DNA of 60,000 bases, taken from positions 9,240,001 through 9,300,000 of the forward strand of contig NC_087263.1 in NCBI RefSeq assembly GCF_037042905.1, in the 5' to 3' direction. Under the pieces are notes generated by a model. It did not search any database and was not told the origin of the DNA. It saw only the letters and a list, made by a program, of their open reading frames with translations. This DNA comes from Lytechinus pictus (Eukaryota). Position numbers and translations under genes: made by a program. Below, piece after piece: positions 12,401 through 25,573 of this stretch (positions within the stretch are counted from its first letter, which is position 1; every line of letters starts with the position of its first letter).

Positions 12401-13184
12401 ATATTGGTGGTCCCAGCAATGTAAATATATTCAAGTATTAATTATTAAAAGGAGATATCTTTAGCATTGACAACTGTATCAACTTCATTCGATGGTCATA
12501 GGCGGTGGGTCACCTTTATACAAGGCCCCGTGTCTGTATTTCAGAAACTGGGCCACAAGTATGAAAAGACTAATTGCTAAAACCCGGGCAAACGAGCCAT
12601 CCACTGGGCCTTTTTTTAGGAACCCGACTTGGGTCCCCTGATCTTTGCTTTTAGGACAATGGCCCCTTTCACTTTTCTGAAAAATTCTGATTAAGATGAT
12701 GTCTGCAATCGATTACTAACCTTTGAATTACTGGATCCCTATTGCTACATCAATTTACAAAACATCAAACAAACAAAAAAATCTCAAATAACATCCGAAG
12801 TGCCTCACAATCAGGTCACAATTACCATTTCTAGAACCTTATTTGACGATTGTGTAATACTCTAAAGTATTCATTACTTCCCAAAAATAGGAATAATTAT
12901 CCCCTTATCCTCACAAAGGTGCTCTATATGGAGAGTTTGCAAGCCCAAGTGCATAAAGGATTCATTCACACTTTGAAAAACAGGTTGAGGAGAAATTATG
13001 TCAATTGTAGTCTGAATGGATTTTTCTGAATTTTTAAAGTTGGTTCATATCTAATTGGTAGGCTTATATTTTGGTCAATATGTATTTTTTTGTGTAAACT
13101 TTGTAAAGGTTTGTACCCCTTTGATTAAATTGTGGGTAAGGATTTTAAGCAAAGTATTTGGTAGATGTTTATAGTTAGGCACAC

Positions 13185-13311
13185 CAGGGTCTCATTTCAT
13201 AAAAGACTTTAATATATGGCAATAACGAATGCACAATTTCTAATTCAATAACAAGTTTACTATCAGCCAATCAGATTGAAGGATTTCAATAGAGCTTTAT
13301 GAAACAGGCCC
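13185..13311. mobile_element. Short MITE with CCAAT core (GGGCCCGTTTCATAAA family)
   Basis: Ends GGGTCTCATTTCATAAA / TTTATGAAACAGGCCC; internal AGCCAATCAG. Confidence 0.6.
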
Positions 13312-13470
13312 TTGATCATTGATCACACTTTGGAATCCATTAACAGGATTCTCAAATAGTGCTAATTCTGAGGTCAAAGGTCACTTCCCCCCCCCCCCTC
13401 CCCCAAGCCAGCAGTGCAATGTGTGGATATGATCTGATCAAACTCCAAATTTTCGTGCACTCAGATTCCG

Positions 13471-14848
13471 CTTCTGCTTGGATAATAGTCTGAACAAGGT
13501 GAATGCCTCCCTGCTTGGAGAATAGTCTGAACAAGGTGAATGCCTCCCTGCTTGGAGACTAGTCTGAACATGGGGGGATGCCTCCCTGCTTGGAGAATAG
13601 TCTGAACATGGTGAATGCCTCCCTGCTTGGAGAATAGTCTGAACATGGTGAATGCCTTCCTGCTTGGAGAAGAATCTGAACACGGTGAATGCCTCCCTGC
13701 TTGGAGAATAGTCTGAACATGGGGAATGCCTCCCTGCTTGGAGAATAGTCTGAACAAGGTGAATGCCCCCCCTGCTTGGAGAACAGTCTGAACATGGGGA
13801 ATGCCTCCCTGCTTGGAGAATAGTCTGAACATGGTGAATGCCTCCCTGCTTGGAGAATAGTCTGAACATGGTGAATGCCTTCCTGCTTGGAGAAGAATCT
13901 GAACACGGTGAATGCCTCCCTGCTTGGAGAATAGTCTGAACATGGGGAATGCCTCCCTGCTTGGAGAATAGTCTGAACAAGGTGAATGCCCCCCTGCTTG
14001 GAGAATAGTCTGAACATCGGAAATGCCTCCCTGCTTGGAGAATAGTCTGAACATGGGGAATGCCTCCCTGCTTGGAGAATAGTCTGAACAAGGTGAATGC
14101 CCCCCTGCTTGGAGAATAGTCTGAACATGGGGAATGCCTCCCTGCTTGGAGAATAGTCTGAACATGGGGAATGCCTCCCTGCTTGGACAAATAGTCTGAA
14201 CATGGTGAATGCCTCCCTGCTTGGACAAATAGTCTGAACATGGTGAATGCCTCCCTGCTTGGAGAATAGTCTGAACATGGTGAATGCCTCCCTGCTTGGA
14301 GAACAGTCTGAACATGGTGAATGCCTCCCTGCTTGGAGAATAGTCTGAATGTGGTGAATGCCTCCCTGCTTGGAGAATAGTCTGAACATGGTGAATGCCT
14401 CCCTGCTTGGAGAATAGTCTGAACACGGTGAATGCCCCCCTGCTTGGAGAACAGTCTGAACATGGTGAATGCCTCCTGCTTGGAGAATAGTCTGAACAAG
14501 GTGAATGCCTCCCTGCTTGGAGAATAGTCTGAACATGGTGAATGCTTCCCTGCTTGGAGAATAGTCTGAACATGGGGAATGCCCCCCTGCTTGGAGAATA
14601 TAGTCTGAACATGGTGAATGCCTCCCTGCTTGGAGAACAGTCTGAACACGGTGAATGCCTCCCTGCTTGGAGTACAGTCTGAACACGGTGAATGCCTTCC
14701 TGCTTGGAGAATAGTCTGAACATGGGGAATGCCTTTCTGCTTGGAGAATAGTCTGAACATGGGGAATGCCTCCCTGCTTCGAGATTAGTCTGAACATGGG
14801 GAATGCCTCCCTGCTTGGAGAATAGTCTGAACATGGATGGATGCCTCC
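13471..14848. repeat. 37-bp minisatellite, ~37 copies
   Basis: Unit TGCCTCCCTGCTTGGAGAATAGTCTGAACATGGTGAA repeated head to tail without spacers. Confidence 0.97.
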
Positions 14849-15525
14849 ACTACAACTTGAGACCAGAGCCCTGAGTCATGGCCGACTGAATTTCCAGACA
14901 AACAAAAATATTAGGTCACATCGTTACCAGGAACGTGGAAGCACATGACTGGTAGCACTTTACACGTATATCTTTATTCACTTGGTCTACAGGCAGTAGG
15001 TCTGTATCTCAGAGAGTCTACTTCCATATTTTTTAACTGAATGATGATTCTAAGCACTGTTTGAAGACATTGAAATGTGTGAAATATTTCCTATTTTTGA
15101 GCAAGCGCCGTGAGCGCCCAGCTGAGGCGGATACCGGCGCTATACAAGAACCCATCATCATCATCATCCATATGGGCTGAACCCATTTGGTCTACTAGTT
15201 TGGTCTAATTGCCAGTTTGGTCTACATCATACTTGGTCTTATACTCTCTTTAATACCATAATCCACATAAAGACAATTTGATCCATATGCAGTTCCTCTA
15301 ACCATACACAAATGGTGTCATAGTCCAACTGGATATGAGATGAAATGGGTAAACCCTGACTCCAAATAAGTCAAATTGGTACTTAAAGGGCTAACTTATA
15401 TAATTTCAAATTAAAATTAAAAACCTATCTATTCCAATAGTATGTACAGCATCTGGGAAGTTGTTGCAACACAGTAGAATATACAGAAATAGATTTTGTG
15501 CTACATGTACATGTATATAAATGCA

Positions 15526-15760
15526 TATCATCATCATCACCATCATCATCATCACCATCATCATTATCATTATCATCATCATCACCATTATCATCACCAT
15601 CATCATTATCATCACCATCATCATCATCATCATTATCATCATCATCATCACCATCATCATCATAACCATCATCACTACCATCATCATCATCATCATTATC
15701 ATCACCATCATCACCACCATCATCATCATCACCATTATCGTCACCATCATCATCATCATT

Positions 15761-15837
<77 letters not shown>

Positions 15838-15954
15838 TATCATCATCATCATCATCATCACCATCATCATCATAACCATCATCACTACCATCATCATCAT
15901 CATCATTATCATCACCATCATCACCACCATCATCATCATCACCATTATCGTCAC

Positions 15955-15996
<42 letters not shown>

Positions 15997-16011
15997 TATC
16001 ACCATCAACAC

Positions 16012-16062
<51 letters not shown>

Positions 16063-16088
16063 TATCATCATCGTCATCATCATCATTA
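15526..16088. repeat. (CAT)n compound microsatellite
   Basis: CAT/CAC/TAT array; explains the poly-M/D/H/I ORFs. Confidence 0.97.
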
Positions 16089-16559
16089 CTAGGATAAGAC
16101 CACGTGGGATAAAACCATATACATGTAGATCCCAACTCCATGTGTAGACCAATTGGCAATTTACCCGTCCACAGGGTATCGTACAATACATAGGGGACTC
16201 TCATCGATATAACATGTGTACATTATTAATTTTAAAGGCGATGAAGAATGCATTTCGCCTCTCATACATGCAACATGGGTAAAACGCATATTTTTATCTT
16301 CATTTCATTTTCATCATCTTATTGCTACTGACTACCTACATGAACTAGGAATTTTAAAAGAAATCATTGTTGGAGGGCCAACCAACTAATACCAAGTACA
16401 GAATTGGACTTCAAGATCTACTGCATTATTTGCTGAATCCTTCATTGTATCTGTAACAGCCCAGACAGGCACACACATATTTTTTAAACAGTTATTCTTA
16501 TTGAAACATCCAAATAATGTTTCATGGATTTTGTGTCTATAAAACATTGACCTTATTCT

Positions 16560-16690
16560 TCAGACACTTACCTGAAATACAGCCATCATTATTGAAGGAA
16601 AGGATGAAAGCCCAGCAAGGGCCAGACAGGAACGATGTAAAAAAAGAAAGAAAAGGAGGAAAAAAGATAAAATTACAATTATGATCCTGT
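16560..16690 (-). promoter_or_regulatory. Candidate recursive splice site (TTTCAG|GTAAGT)
   Basis: Minus strand: long pyrimidine tract and ~113-nt AG-free zone ending in TGTATTTCAG, directly followed by GTAAGT (junction 16572/16571). Confidence 0.45.
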
Positions 16691-17276
16691 TTATCCAAAA
16701 TTTGTGAAGTGTAAATTAGACATGAAGACTGTACTTTATAAGTATGTACTTTTACATGTTTAGACCTCTGGCAGGGGAGTTTGACATCCCTCTAATGACA
16801 CATTCCCCTTTGGTAAATTTTTGCAAGCTTCATTATTTGGTTTCTTATCTGTAGGTACATGTATATACATATACATTACATACATGTATACTTGTCTGTT
16901 TCAGAAATTCATTCAATGGAATACAGATGAGAAAATCAAATTGTTTACATACAAAGCAATGCTTATGACATATAACAAGCACCTCCCACTACCCTCCCCC
17001 CCCCCCCCACTTCATTGCGTCTTGTTGTCAATGGTGACAGATAATAGGGCTTTTTAGAAACTCCCTGGGGCTCTAATATTTTTATGAATGCATCTTTTGT
17101 AGTTATCATCTGATATAAAACCTCTTTCATGGGTCACTATTTTGTTGGCAGGTATAACCCTTTTTTTAATGATCAAAAGAAATATTGAATGGGGTGAGTG
17201 GGTCACCCATTCACTGCTGGGGGTCTCTCTTTTTATCACTCCTTCCCTCCCTTGCTCTCTCCCATCCTTTCTCTAT

Positions 17277-17658
17277 GACACCGTTCTCAGTACCGTATCG
17301 TCCTAAAACTAGTTTAGTGGAAACTATTTTAATGTGTAATGAGAACGGTCAAAGCGGTCTTGGAAGCGATCTTCCAAACCGGTTGAGAAAAACACCTCGT
17401 GATGTAGTTTTGAAGATCGCTTTGCATCAAACTGGTTTTAGCGTATTGTGAGAACACAAATGTGGAATGCCTATGCTGCGGTTTCAAATTTTGTGTGAAA
17501 CACGTCACCCCACTGAGTGTTCCCATAGCAACAAGACCGCTTTACATGAATTGGTTTTGAAAACCACTCTCTGCTGATCAAATGGGAATGCTAGCAGAGC
17601 GATATTCAAAACTGGTTTCCAGTAAACCAGTTTTAGGAAGTATAATGAGAACGGTGTC
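17277..17658. mobile_element. MITE with TAT TSD (Harbinger-like)
   Basis: TAT|GACACCGTTCTCA ... TGAGAACGGTGTC|TAT. Confidence 0.8.
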
Positions 17659-17835
17659 TATCTCTCTCTCATCATAGATTTTATGAAACATACATTTATC
17701 AGTACATCACTCATAAATGATACATCATTAAACTTCAGTTGACATCAATGTAGGTGCTTCACATAGCTCCTGTAATCGAATTCATTCTATGCACAATGTC
17801 TGTAAAAGCAGTGTGCACCTATAAACAGCAATTAA

Positions 17836-18232
17836 AGCTAAATGAACGTAGTTGCAGTAAAACACTGATTTCGTGAGAAAGTCTGTAAAACCAAGGTAAA
17901 GTATTGATATATCATTGTGGATCAAGATCTGGTACAGTTACATAAACTGAACTTTGTGAAATCATAATATCTAGCTAAAAAACGATCACACTGAAGATCG
18001 CCAACACAGATAGGCACTCGTGGGACAGTGTATTATTAATATTGCTGGAATAAAGACCCGACGGAAGTGACAGAATCCGCGCTTATTTTGCTTATTTCTC
18101 AGCAATTACACAATTTCTTCCAGAATCCTTTGGCACATATTTTTTATTCATACAAACAGACACTTTGGTGATCATTATATCAAATTCTGTAAAAAGTCAT
18201 TTTGAGATCGTTCCCACAACTGGAATTTATCT
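17836..18232 (+). mobile_element. TTAA-flanked non-autonomous element (AGCTAAATG family), copy 1
   Basis: TTAA on both sides; highly similar to 21393-21784 and to the reverse complement of 50860-51252. Confidence 0.85.
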
Positions 18233-19935
18233 TTAAACCAAATTAAAAGTCAACCATATGGATTTTGGTCTATCTGAGGAGAGCCAACTGCTTGTCGACC
18301 ATGTGAATAAAAAACCAAACCAGAATATGATTTTCAATTTAATCAAACAATGAAATAAGACTTAAAAATACAATTTTTTTATTTGCTTTTCATAATCAAC
18401 CATCTAACCCTGATTTGGATCATTTGGAACAGGGGATGAATGGTATTGAGCTCTTTAAAAAGTTACTTTGCCAAGGTTTTTCTTAAGTTAAAGATTTAAT
18501 TTTTCTCTTTATTATAAAAAAAAAATCAGATAATGACTGTACAATTGACGAATAATTCAGAATCTTCATTTATAAAGTGCTTCATAATTGAATTTATGAA
18601 AATTAATATCTGCCTCATATTTCTCCCCCCCCCCCCCCCCCCCCGGGGTCCTACTTAGATCAAAACCACCTTGATATCAAGCTAGCCTCCTCCAAGAATA
18701 CAATATTCAATTAACTTGAAGATTGTTAAGAGAGACTTCGCGAAGGCATGTCGCGAGTGGCCTAATAAAAGCTTTGCACTCCGGGCTATTACAAAGTCAA
18801 AGGAGTAAGAATATGCAACGGCCGAGGCACTCACGAGACACACGAACAAGGCTGTCATGCAACGATGCTGGGGTCCTCGTTCCTAATTCACGAACATGGG
18901 CCTCGCATGACGGCACACATTCATCATCACACGACAATATCACTGATATTGCTCTACGTCAATATTTAATGAGACATCGACGGGCCTGGCTAGGATATTT
19001 CATGCATGATTCCATTTCAATTATGGCTCTGCTACATCAATCCAAACACGACACTGTTCTAAATACCTGGGACTGGGGGCAGGAAAATGGCTTTCCGATG
19101 ATCGCTAGTAATGGAATGGAGATGAAGTTGAATTAAACAACGCACCTTCGATGATGCTGTATTTTAAAGGTGAACCCCACATGCGATACTGATCAGATTC
19201 TTAATTTGAACAGAATCCATATATGCGGTAAAAACCATGGTGCTATTAACACTGCCATTTGGTGTTCTGAAGACCAAGGTGTTAAAAAACACCATACAGT
19301 TTGAACATAACACCAAATACATGTACAAGTGCAGTGTTAAAATAACAAAAAGAGTGTTATAAGTGTTGAACTAACACTATGAAATAACACTGGTGTAAAA
19401 TGCTTGGCATTGTCTTCTGTTGAGTGGTGTAGTGTAACGTTATTGCAGTGCATAAAAGTTGCTGATTGCATGAATTTAAAAAAAAAGAGCATGTCAAGAA
19501 GATTCTTGAATCAATCAAGGAAACAGTACATATTATTATGAGCAAAATGTATGCCAAAATTGCATTATGTAATTTGACATTTCTTTGTCCAATTAAGCTA
19601 CAAAACTGTACAAAGACAATTATTACACATGCCCATGTGTACTCATCTGTGTTTGTATTTTCAACAGCATCCATTTTCAGCCGATTTCACCGAAGATCTA
19701 CATGTAGATCACTTTAATTATAAAAAAAACTTCCCTCAATGTAATCACTCACTGCAACTACCTAAGAACCACTTTAAACAGAGATAAATGCCATTTTAGT
19801 TAAGATTTTTTTGGGAAGAATACACAAAGTGCAGTGTGATTTGAATTTCATGAAATGACTGTAACGTGTAGCTCATATAAAAAGACCATCTGTATCCATG
19901 CAGCATCATTAAATTATTCCACCCACATTTCTTAA

Positions 19936-20550
19936 AGGACAAGTCCACCCCAACAAAAAAGTGATTTGAATAAAAAAAGAAAAATCCAACAAGCATAGCA
20001 CTGAAATTTCATCAAAATCGGACGTAAAATATTAAAGAAAGTTATAACATTTTAAAGTTTTGCTTCATTTCACAAAACAGTTATATGCACATCCTGGTCA
20101 GTATGCAAATGAGGCGACTAATGACGTCATCCACTCGCTATTTCTTTTGTATTTTATCAAATGAAATATGAAATATTCTAATTTTCTCCTCATTGTCAAG
20201 TGAATCAACAATTACATGTAATTCCTCCCTGAACATGTGGAATTAGCATTGTTTAATACAATATGGTTCTGTCAAGTTGGTCCTTATTGCCTAATCTGTA
20301 AAAAATGAAATATTGTATAATTCAAACAATAAAAAACAAAAGAAATAGTGAGTGATACACATCATTGACTGTCTCATTTTCATATCACTATAAAGTTGTG
20401 CATATCACTGTTTTGTGAAAAACAAGCGAAACTTTAAAATGTCATAACTTTCTTATTTTACATCCAATTTTGATGAAATTTTCAGCATTATGCTAGTTTG
20501 ATTTTTCTCTATTTATTCAAATCAACATTTTTCTGGGGTGGACTTGACCT
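19936..20550. mobile_element. Kolobok-type foldback MITE (AGGWCAAGTCCAC family)
   Basis: TTAA|AGGACAAGTCCACCCC ... GGGGTGGACTTGACCT|TTAA; inverted relative to the 10233 copy. Confidence 0.88.
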
Positions 20551-21392
20551 TTAAGTGAAAATGATGCCTTTCAAACTATGGTTCAGAAACTTTCGATATA
20601 TGGTAAAATCTTATCCAGGGTAGGCACAAGGCAATCAGCTTTATTTTCTGAAGGCCCTTTAATAAGTACATGTACATAGTTGCTTTTAAAAATACAACAG
20701 GAAAAAAAACCATACACGTGCATGCTTCTCCGTGGTAGAATTCTCAATGTAACCGTAAACGGCAGACATATCTTTTTGCATTCCTCAAAATGGAGATATT
20801 TTGACATGAGGCTTTTATCACCTAACCTACATCTTTTTAATTAAGATTCGCCTGTCACTATGTACATATTACAAAACACTATTCAGGCAAATACGATAAA
20901 GCAATCTGTACGTCATACGATAAAGCAATCTGTACATCATTATAACAGAGGATCGGCTATTTGAAATACAATGTATAAACAGCTTTATCTCTCGTTGCGG
21001 CATTTAATTAGAGAAAAACTTGTAAAGAAATATGATCATTACTGTCTGTTTACAAAGTAAATGATAACAGCTCTAGACAGATACAAGGGGCTTATATCTC
21101 GATCAAGGGATAATATTAAACAAATATAATTCAGCATGTTTTAATTAAAAAAGCCTTTATTGCATGTTGCAACTTGCAAGAATCTTGCACTCAAATGTAA
21201 GTCTATTTTCATTCCCTATTTGCGATTGATTGCTAATGTGCAATACATGTTTGCCTGGAATAGAAGAATTACAATCATTTTCAAAACTTTCGATTTTTTT
21301 TTTTGGGAGGTGCTTGTACAATGTATTTTAATTTCACACAAGAACTATATAATGCGCTAAAGTGTGAAGAATATAAATACTGAAGACTTTAA

Positions 21393-21784
21393 AGCTAAAT
21401 GACAGTAGTTGCAGTAAAATACTGATTTCGTGAGAAAGTCTGTAAAACCAAGGTTAAGTATTACTATATCATCGTGGATCTAGATCTGGTACAGTTACAT
21501 AAACTGAACTTTGTGAAATCATAATAAAGCTAAAAAACGATCACACTGAAGATCGCCAACACAGATGGGCACACGTGGGACAGTGTATTATAATTGCTGG
21601 AATAAAGACCCCACGGAAGTGACAGAATCCGCGCTTATTTTGCTTATTTCTCAGCAATTACACAATTTCTTCCAGAATCCTTTGGCACATATTTTTTATT
21701 CATACAAACAGACACTTTGGTGATCATTATATTAAATTCTGTAAAAAGTCATTTTGAGATCGTCCCCACAACTGGAATTTACCT
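21393..21784 (+). mobile_element. TTAA-flanked element (AGCTAAATG family), copy 2
   Basis: TTAA TSDs at 21389-21392 and 21785-21788; near-identical to 17836-18232. Confidence 0.85.
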
Positions 21785-22077
21785 TTAACCCCAAATAAAA
21801 ACACGACAGCACTCGATCATCCAGTCCACTTAAAATCATTACCCTCCTTTTTTTATGTCCCTATGAAATGGAATAGCGGCCTATAATCAACAAATGACCT
21901 TTCGTTAATAGACGAAAACAACCCGGGGCGCGTATTTGGCACTAAAAACAGTCCATCTTCAATATATGGGTTTTCCATATAGTGGCGTGTATTGCTTTTA
22001 TTATCATATACGCTTTTTATGCCTGTCTGTCCAGTCATTTTTCACTTCAATGCCTACGGATAGGGCAGGCTATTTGG

Positions 22078-22230
22078 GTAGTCTGCAGGCACAGACCCTG
22101 ATAGAAACTTTGATCAACAAGTGTGTCTCCACGCAAAGACTAGCACATACAAAACTTGCTGTTTCAATTCCTGAGCGAGAGGGCCTTCAGTACACAAAGC
22201 ATGAGTAGGCTGCAATTCACAGCAGACTAC
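22078..22230 (+). mobile_element. Short MITE (GTAGTCTGC...GCAGACTAC family)
   Basis: 9-bp TIR; homologous to three copies at 31278-31874. Confidence 0.65.
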
Positions 22231-22499
22231 TATTTGTGTGCCAGTCTGTATAAAACTGGTGAGTTCAGATGAAAAGCATCAGCCATTTTCAAGATTTCAT
22301 GGAAACAGGCACCTGTTTCACTGATTATTATTTTCAGTATTGTATGATGGATATTAATGACAAATGTGCTCTGGCCCAATGAAAAAGATCTATTCTACTA
22401 GTAATAAACAGTCCTTTAATAGCAAAAAACTTTTTTTATTGAAAACATATACATGTTCAGGGGATGTTTCAGACAGATTTCAATATTAATCATTGGGAT

Positions 22500-23007
22500 C
22501 AGGTTTGAGCTCAAGTACTTTCTTCAATTACTATTACAATTGCCATTACGGTACGTCATTGAAGAAATTTTCAATTACAATTACTTTTCAATTAAATTGC
22601 ACTTTTTTCAATAACAAATCCCAATTACTTTTGTCAATTACAATAAATCAGATCAATTTATATTTTGTATGTAGCGCCACCCATTTTGTGCACTTCTGTA
22701 TAGCAATAGTGTCTCCTCTTTCCTCCCTATCATGGAAAAGGATACCGTTTCATGCAAGAGAGCACTATATACTGTAGCTATTAACGGGAAAAGAGAAATA
22801 AGCAATCCATTTAATAATAAATTAAGTAATAAAGTGATGTAATTAAAGTAATTAAAAATAATTGACTGTAATTTAAGTCAATTACAATTTTTCAATAACA
22901 ATTACTTTCCTTTTGAAAATTTCAATTACAAATTGCAATTACAATTACTCTAAAAATGTAATTAATTACAGAGTTGATCAATTACTTTGTAATTGAGCCC
23001 ACACCTG
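22500..23007. mobile_element. hAT-type MITE
   Basis: TIRs CAGGTTTGAGCTCAA / TTGAGCCCACACCTG; 8-bp TSD ATTGGGAT / CTTGGGAT; CAATTA subterminal repeats. Confidence 0.8.
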
Positions 23008-23057
23008 CTTGGGATTAAATATAAATCCAAAGTTCAGCCGGTCTTTATTCTCACCAG

Positions 23058-23205
23058 GGGACCTTTACATAAAGGACTTGCACTGTTGTAACTTTGCCAT
23101 TATGGCAACTACCATGGTAACCTTGATTCTGATTGACTGATGAGCCCTGTTACCATGGTAGTTGCCAAGTTACAGCAGTTGCAAGTCCTTTATGAAACGG
23201 GGCCC
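23058..23205. mobile_element. Palindromic MITE with CAG flanks
   Basis: CATAAAGGACTTGCA...GGCAACTACCATGGTAAC mirrored by GTTACCATGGTAGTTGCC...TGCAAGTCCTTTATG; relative at ~26640-26770. Confidence 0.7.
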
Positions 23206-24612
23206 CAGATTAGGATTTATTTTATTAAGTGTTAAACAAGATTCCTATGCAGTAAAAACACTATTCAATATTTTTATACAACACTGCCTACTCTATGAAC
23301 CTTACCGTAGTTGTTTAAACCGTTTAAACAAGAGCTGAAAATTTTAAACAACATAATTTTGATTTCTAATATCTAATCTCAATAACCCTGTCCCCATACG
23401 TGTATCTCTGAAATCTCTCTCTATCTCCTTCCCCTATCAATAAAAAAATAAATATCTGCTCTTCTTATCAATATTCCTACCTTGTTTCAATATTTTTTTT
23501 CTCTTGTTGAATCTGTGGACTGTTCACTGCACTTTTTATTACACATTCCCATCACACTCTGTACTGGCAATACTACATGTACGTGTACTGTATTGCTCTG
23601 TTCCGCATTAGTCTCATTAGGCACAGACCCTTGGTTTCCGCAATTCACCTAAGTATAATGCAGAGCCTGAAGTAGTGAGACTACATGTATGTATGTAGAT
23701 TCACTACGTAGTGTGGCTGGATTTTGTCACATGACAGAGAGTTTGGAGTATAGTCTTCACGCAAGACATGGTTTTGATTAATCTCAAATTCGAGTCTGTG
23801 CTTGCAGACTAGTCCCTCGTAGTCAAAAGATCAAATTCACTATACCCCCCCTTCATTACCCCTCTCCCCAACCACTCCCTATTCTTCCCCCTTCTCCTTC
23901 CCTTATCAATAAAAAGTGAAGATATCTGCTCTTATGTATTATCAATATTCCTTCCTCATATCCATATATTTCTTCCATCTGTTGAATACTGTTCACTGCA
24001 CTTTCTCCCCATTCCCAGTGCAATCTCCCAGACCTATTAGCGAGAAGCGCATTCTTCCAAACATTCCGAAAGGACGGTCCCAGCATCTCAGAAGCGATCA
24101 GCCTCTTTAAAGGGATGATAGGGAGAGAGACGAGAGTCGTGTGAAAATACCAGGGAAAATTGTAAGTGGGCTCACTGCGATTTTCCCTTAAAATGCTCAA
24201 GAGCCTCTGAAACTCGAACAGGAGCCCTTGAAAATCTCCATTCATTGCAATTTTTAAAGCTAATCTAATGTTGCAGATTCTAGTAAGTTGTAAAAAGTAG
24301 CAACCAAAATTTTATTTTCTCAATATATTTTTTGGCCCGGAAAACACTGGTATGTAAATTATTCGTATTATACTGTGTAGTACATGTATGTAGGTTAAAA
24401 GAGCAGTTGATTGTGCTTTGTTTGAATTTGAATTGAATTATAAGTGGAAAATCACAGTAAACTTGCGACTTTTCATTGAAAATGGCAGAAAATCAGATGC
24501 AAAACTTTGGATTCCATAAGTGTGTATTCCATCTTATTTTTTTCTAAGATTTCTAGTGTTCCCTTGTTTTATTTTTTTTTACATCTATTTAACTGGTGTT
24601 GTTTTCAGGTCC

Positions 24613-24912
24613 TGGGGACCATTTCATGAAACAAAATAAAAAATCATTTTACTGACAACTGTTAAAAGCTACTGAAATCCATGCATCTGATTGGCTAGGA
24701 ACAAATATTAGTCAGTGAAACTCATGGACTATTTTGTTTCCTGAAATACTCCCCTGAAGTCACAGATTGCTATCAGGGGAGTGTTTCACAAAGCATCTTT
24801 TCAGTGATTTTCACTGATCATTTTGTTCTAAGCCAATCAGATGAATGGATTTCAGTAGCTTATAACAGTTGCCAGTGAAAAATCACTGACTTTTGTTTCA
24901 TGAAATACTCCA
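24613..24912. mobile_element. Two adjacent ~140-bp CCAAT-core MITEs in opposite orientation
   Basis: GGGGA..TTTCATGAAAC ... TGAAATACTCC ends; CTGATTGGCT in the first and AGCCAATCAG in the second. Confidence 0.6.
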
Positions 24913-25352
24913 AAGAACAGGTTAACCAAAGGCTCTCCCAGATTTGGAAACTGACAGAAACCCACTACTATACCCTGGTAATTCTCTCGACATTTTTTTG
25001 TCGATGGTAGAAAATTAGTCAATTGAATTTCAATTTGAAAGGGTGTGTAGATACCATCGACAGGCTCTTTAAAAACATACTGATCTCCCCCACAGATAAG
25101 CATCAACAAATGCTCCACCGCCAAGCCTGGAACATTAATAGCCAACGCATTGTCGGTGGTCAACGCAGAATGAGAGGGAAGACGCCACATCGATTCATCG
25201 GTGTTGAAATCTCTCTTAATCGACGGCGGGGCTGTCGGCCAATCGAGGGGGCTGGTGATCTGTTGTGATGAGATCTGTTATCACGCAGACATTATGCTCG
25301 CTTGGAATTCTCATTTACGCTAGGTAATGTTTGCACAGTAGGCCTCGGAGAC

Positions 25353-25573
25353 AAAACGGTTATGTTCACACGACAGCCCAAACTGCTTTTGTACAAACGT
25401 GATTATCGCTCAGCAGGCCAAAACGGTCATGTTCGCACGTCAAGCTATGCTGGAGGATAGTCCAGACTGCTTTGTACAAACGTGATTATCGCTCAGGCTA
25501 AAACGGTCATGTTCACACGTCAAGCTATGCTGGAGGGTAGTCCAAACTGCTTTCGTACAAACATGATTATCGA
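25353..25573. repeat. Three-copy ~70-80-bp tandem repeat
   Basis: AAAACGGTCATGTTCACACG...ACTGCTTT(T)GTACAAACGTGATTATCG occurs three times. Confidence 0.85.

Noticed and set aside
13471..14848. CRISPR array (37-bp repeats)
   Set aside because: Units are contiguous with no unique spacers, there are no cas genes, and the context is eukaryotic.
15406..16204. Poly-Met/Asp/His/Ile ORFs (also 35002-35433 and 52251-52972)
   Set aside because: They are translations of (CAT)n microsatellites with no exon structure.
20892..20940. 24-bp tandem duplication (also a ~135-bp one at 34057-34300)
   Set aside because: Ordinary local duplications with no further structure.
24019..24110. KRILPNIP as an RxLPxxP SH3-ligand of a synaptic or channel protein
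   Set aside because: A short motif with no other recognisable similarity; easily a chance match.
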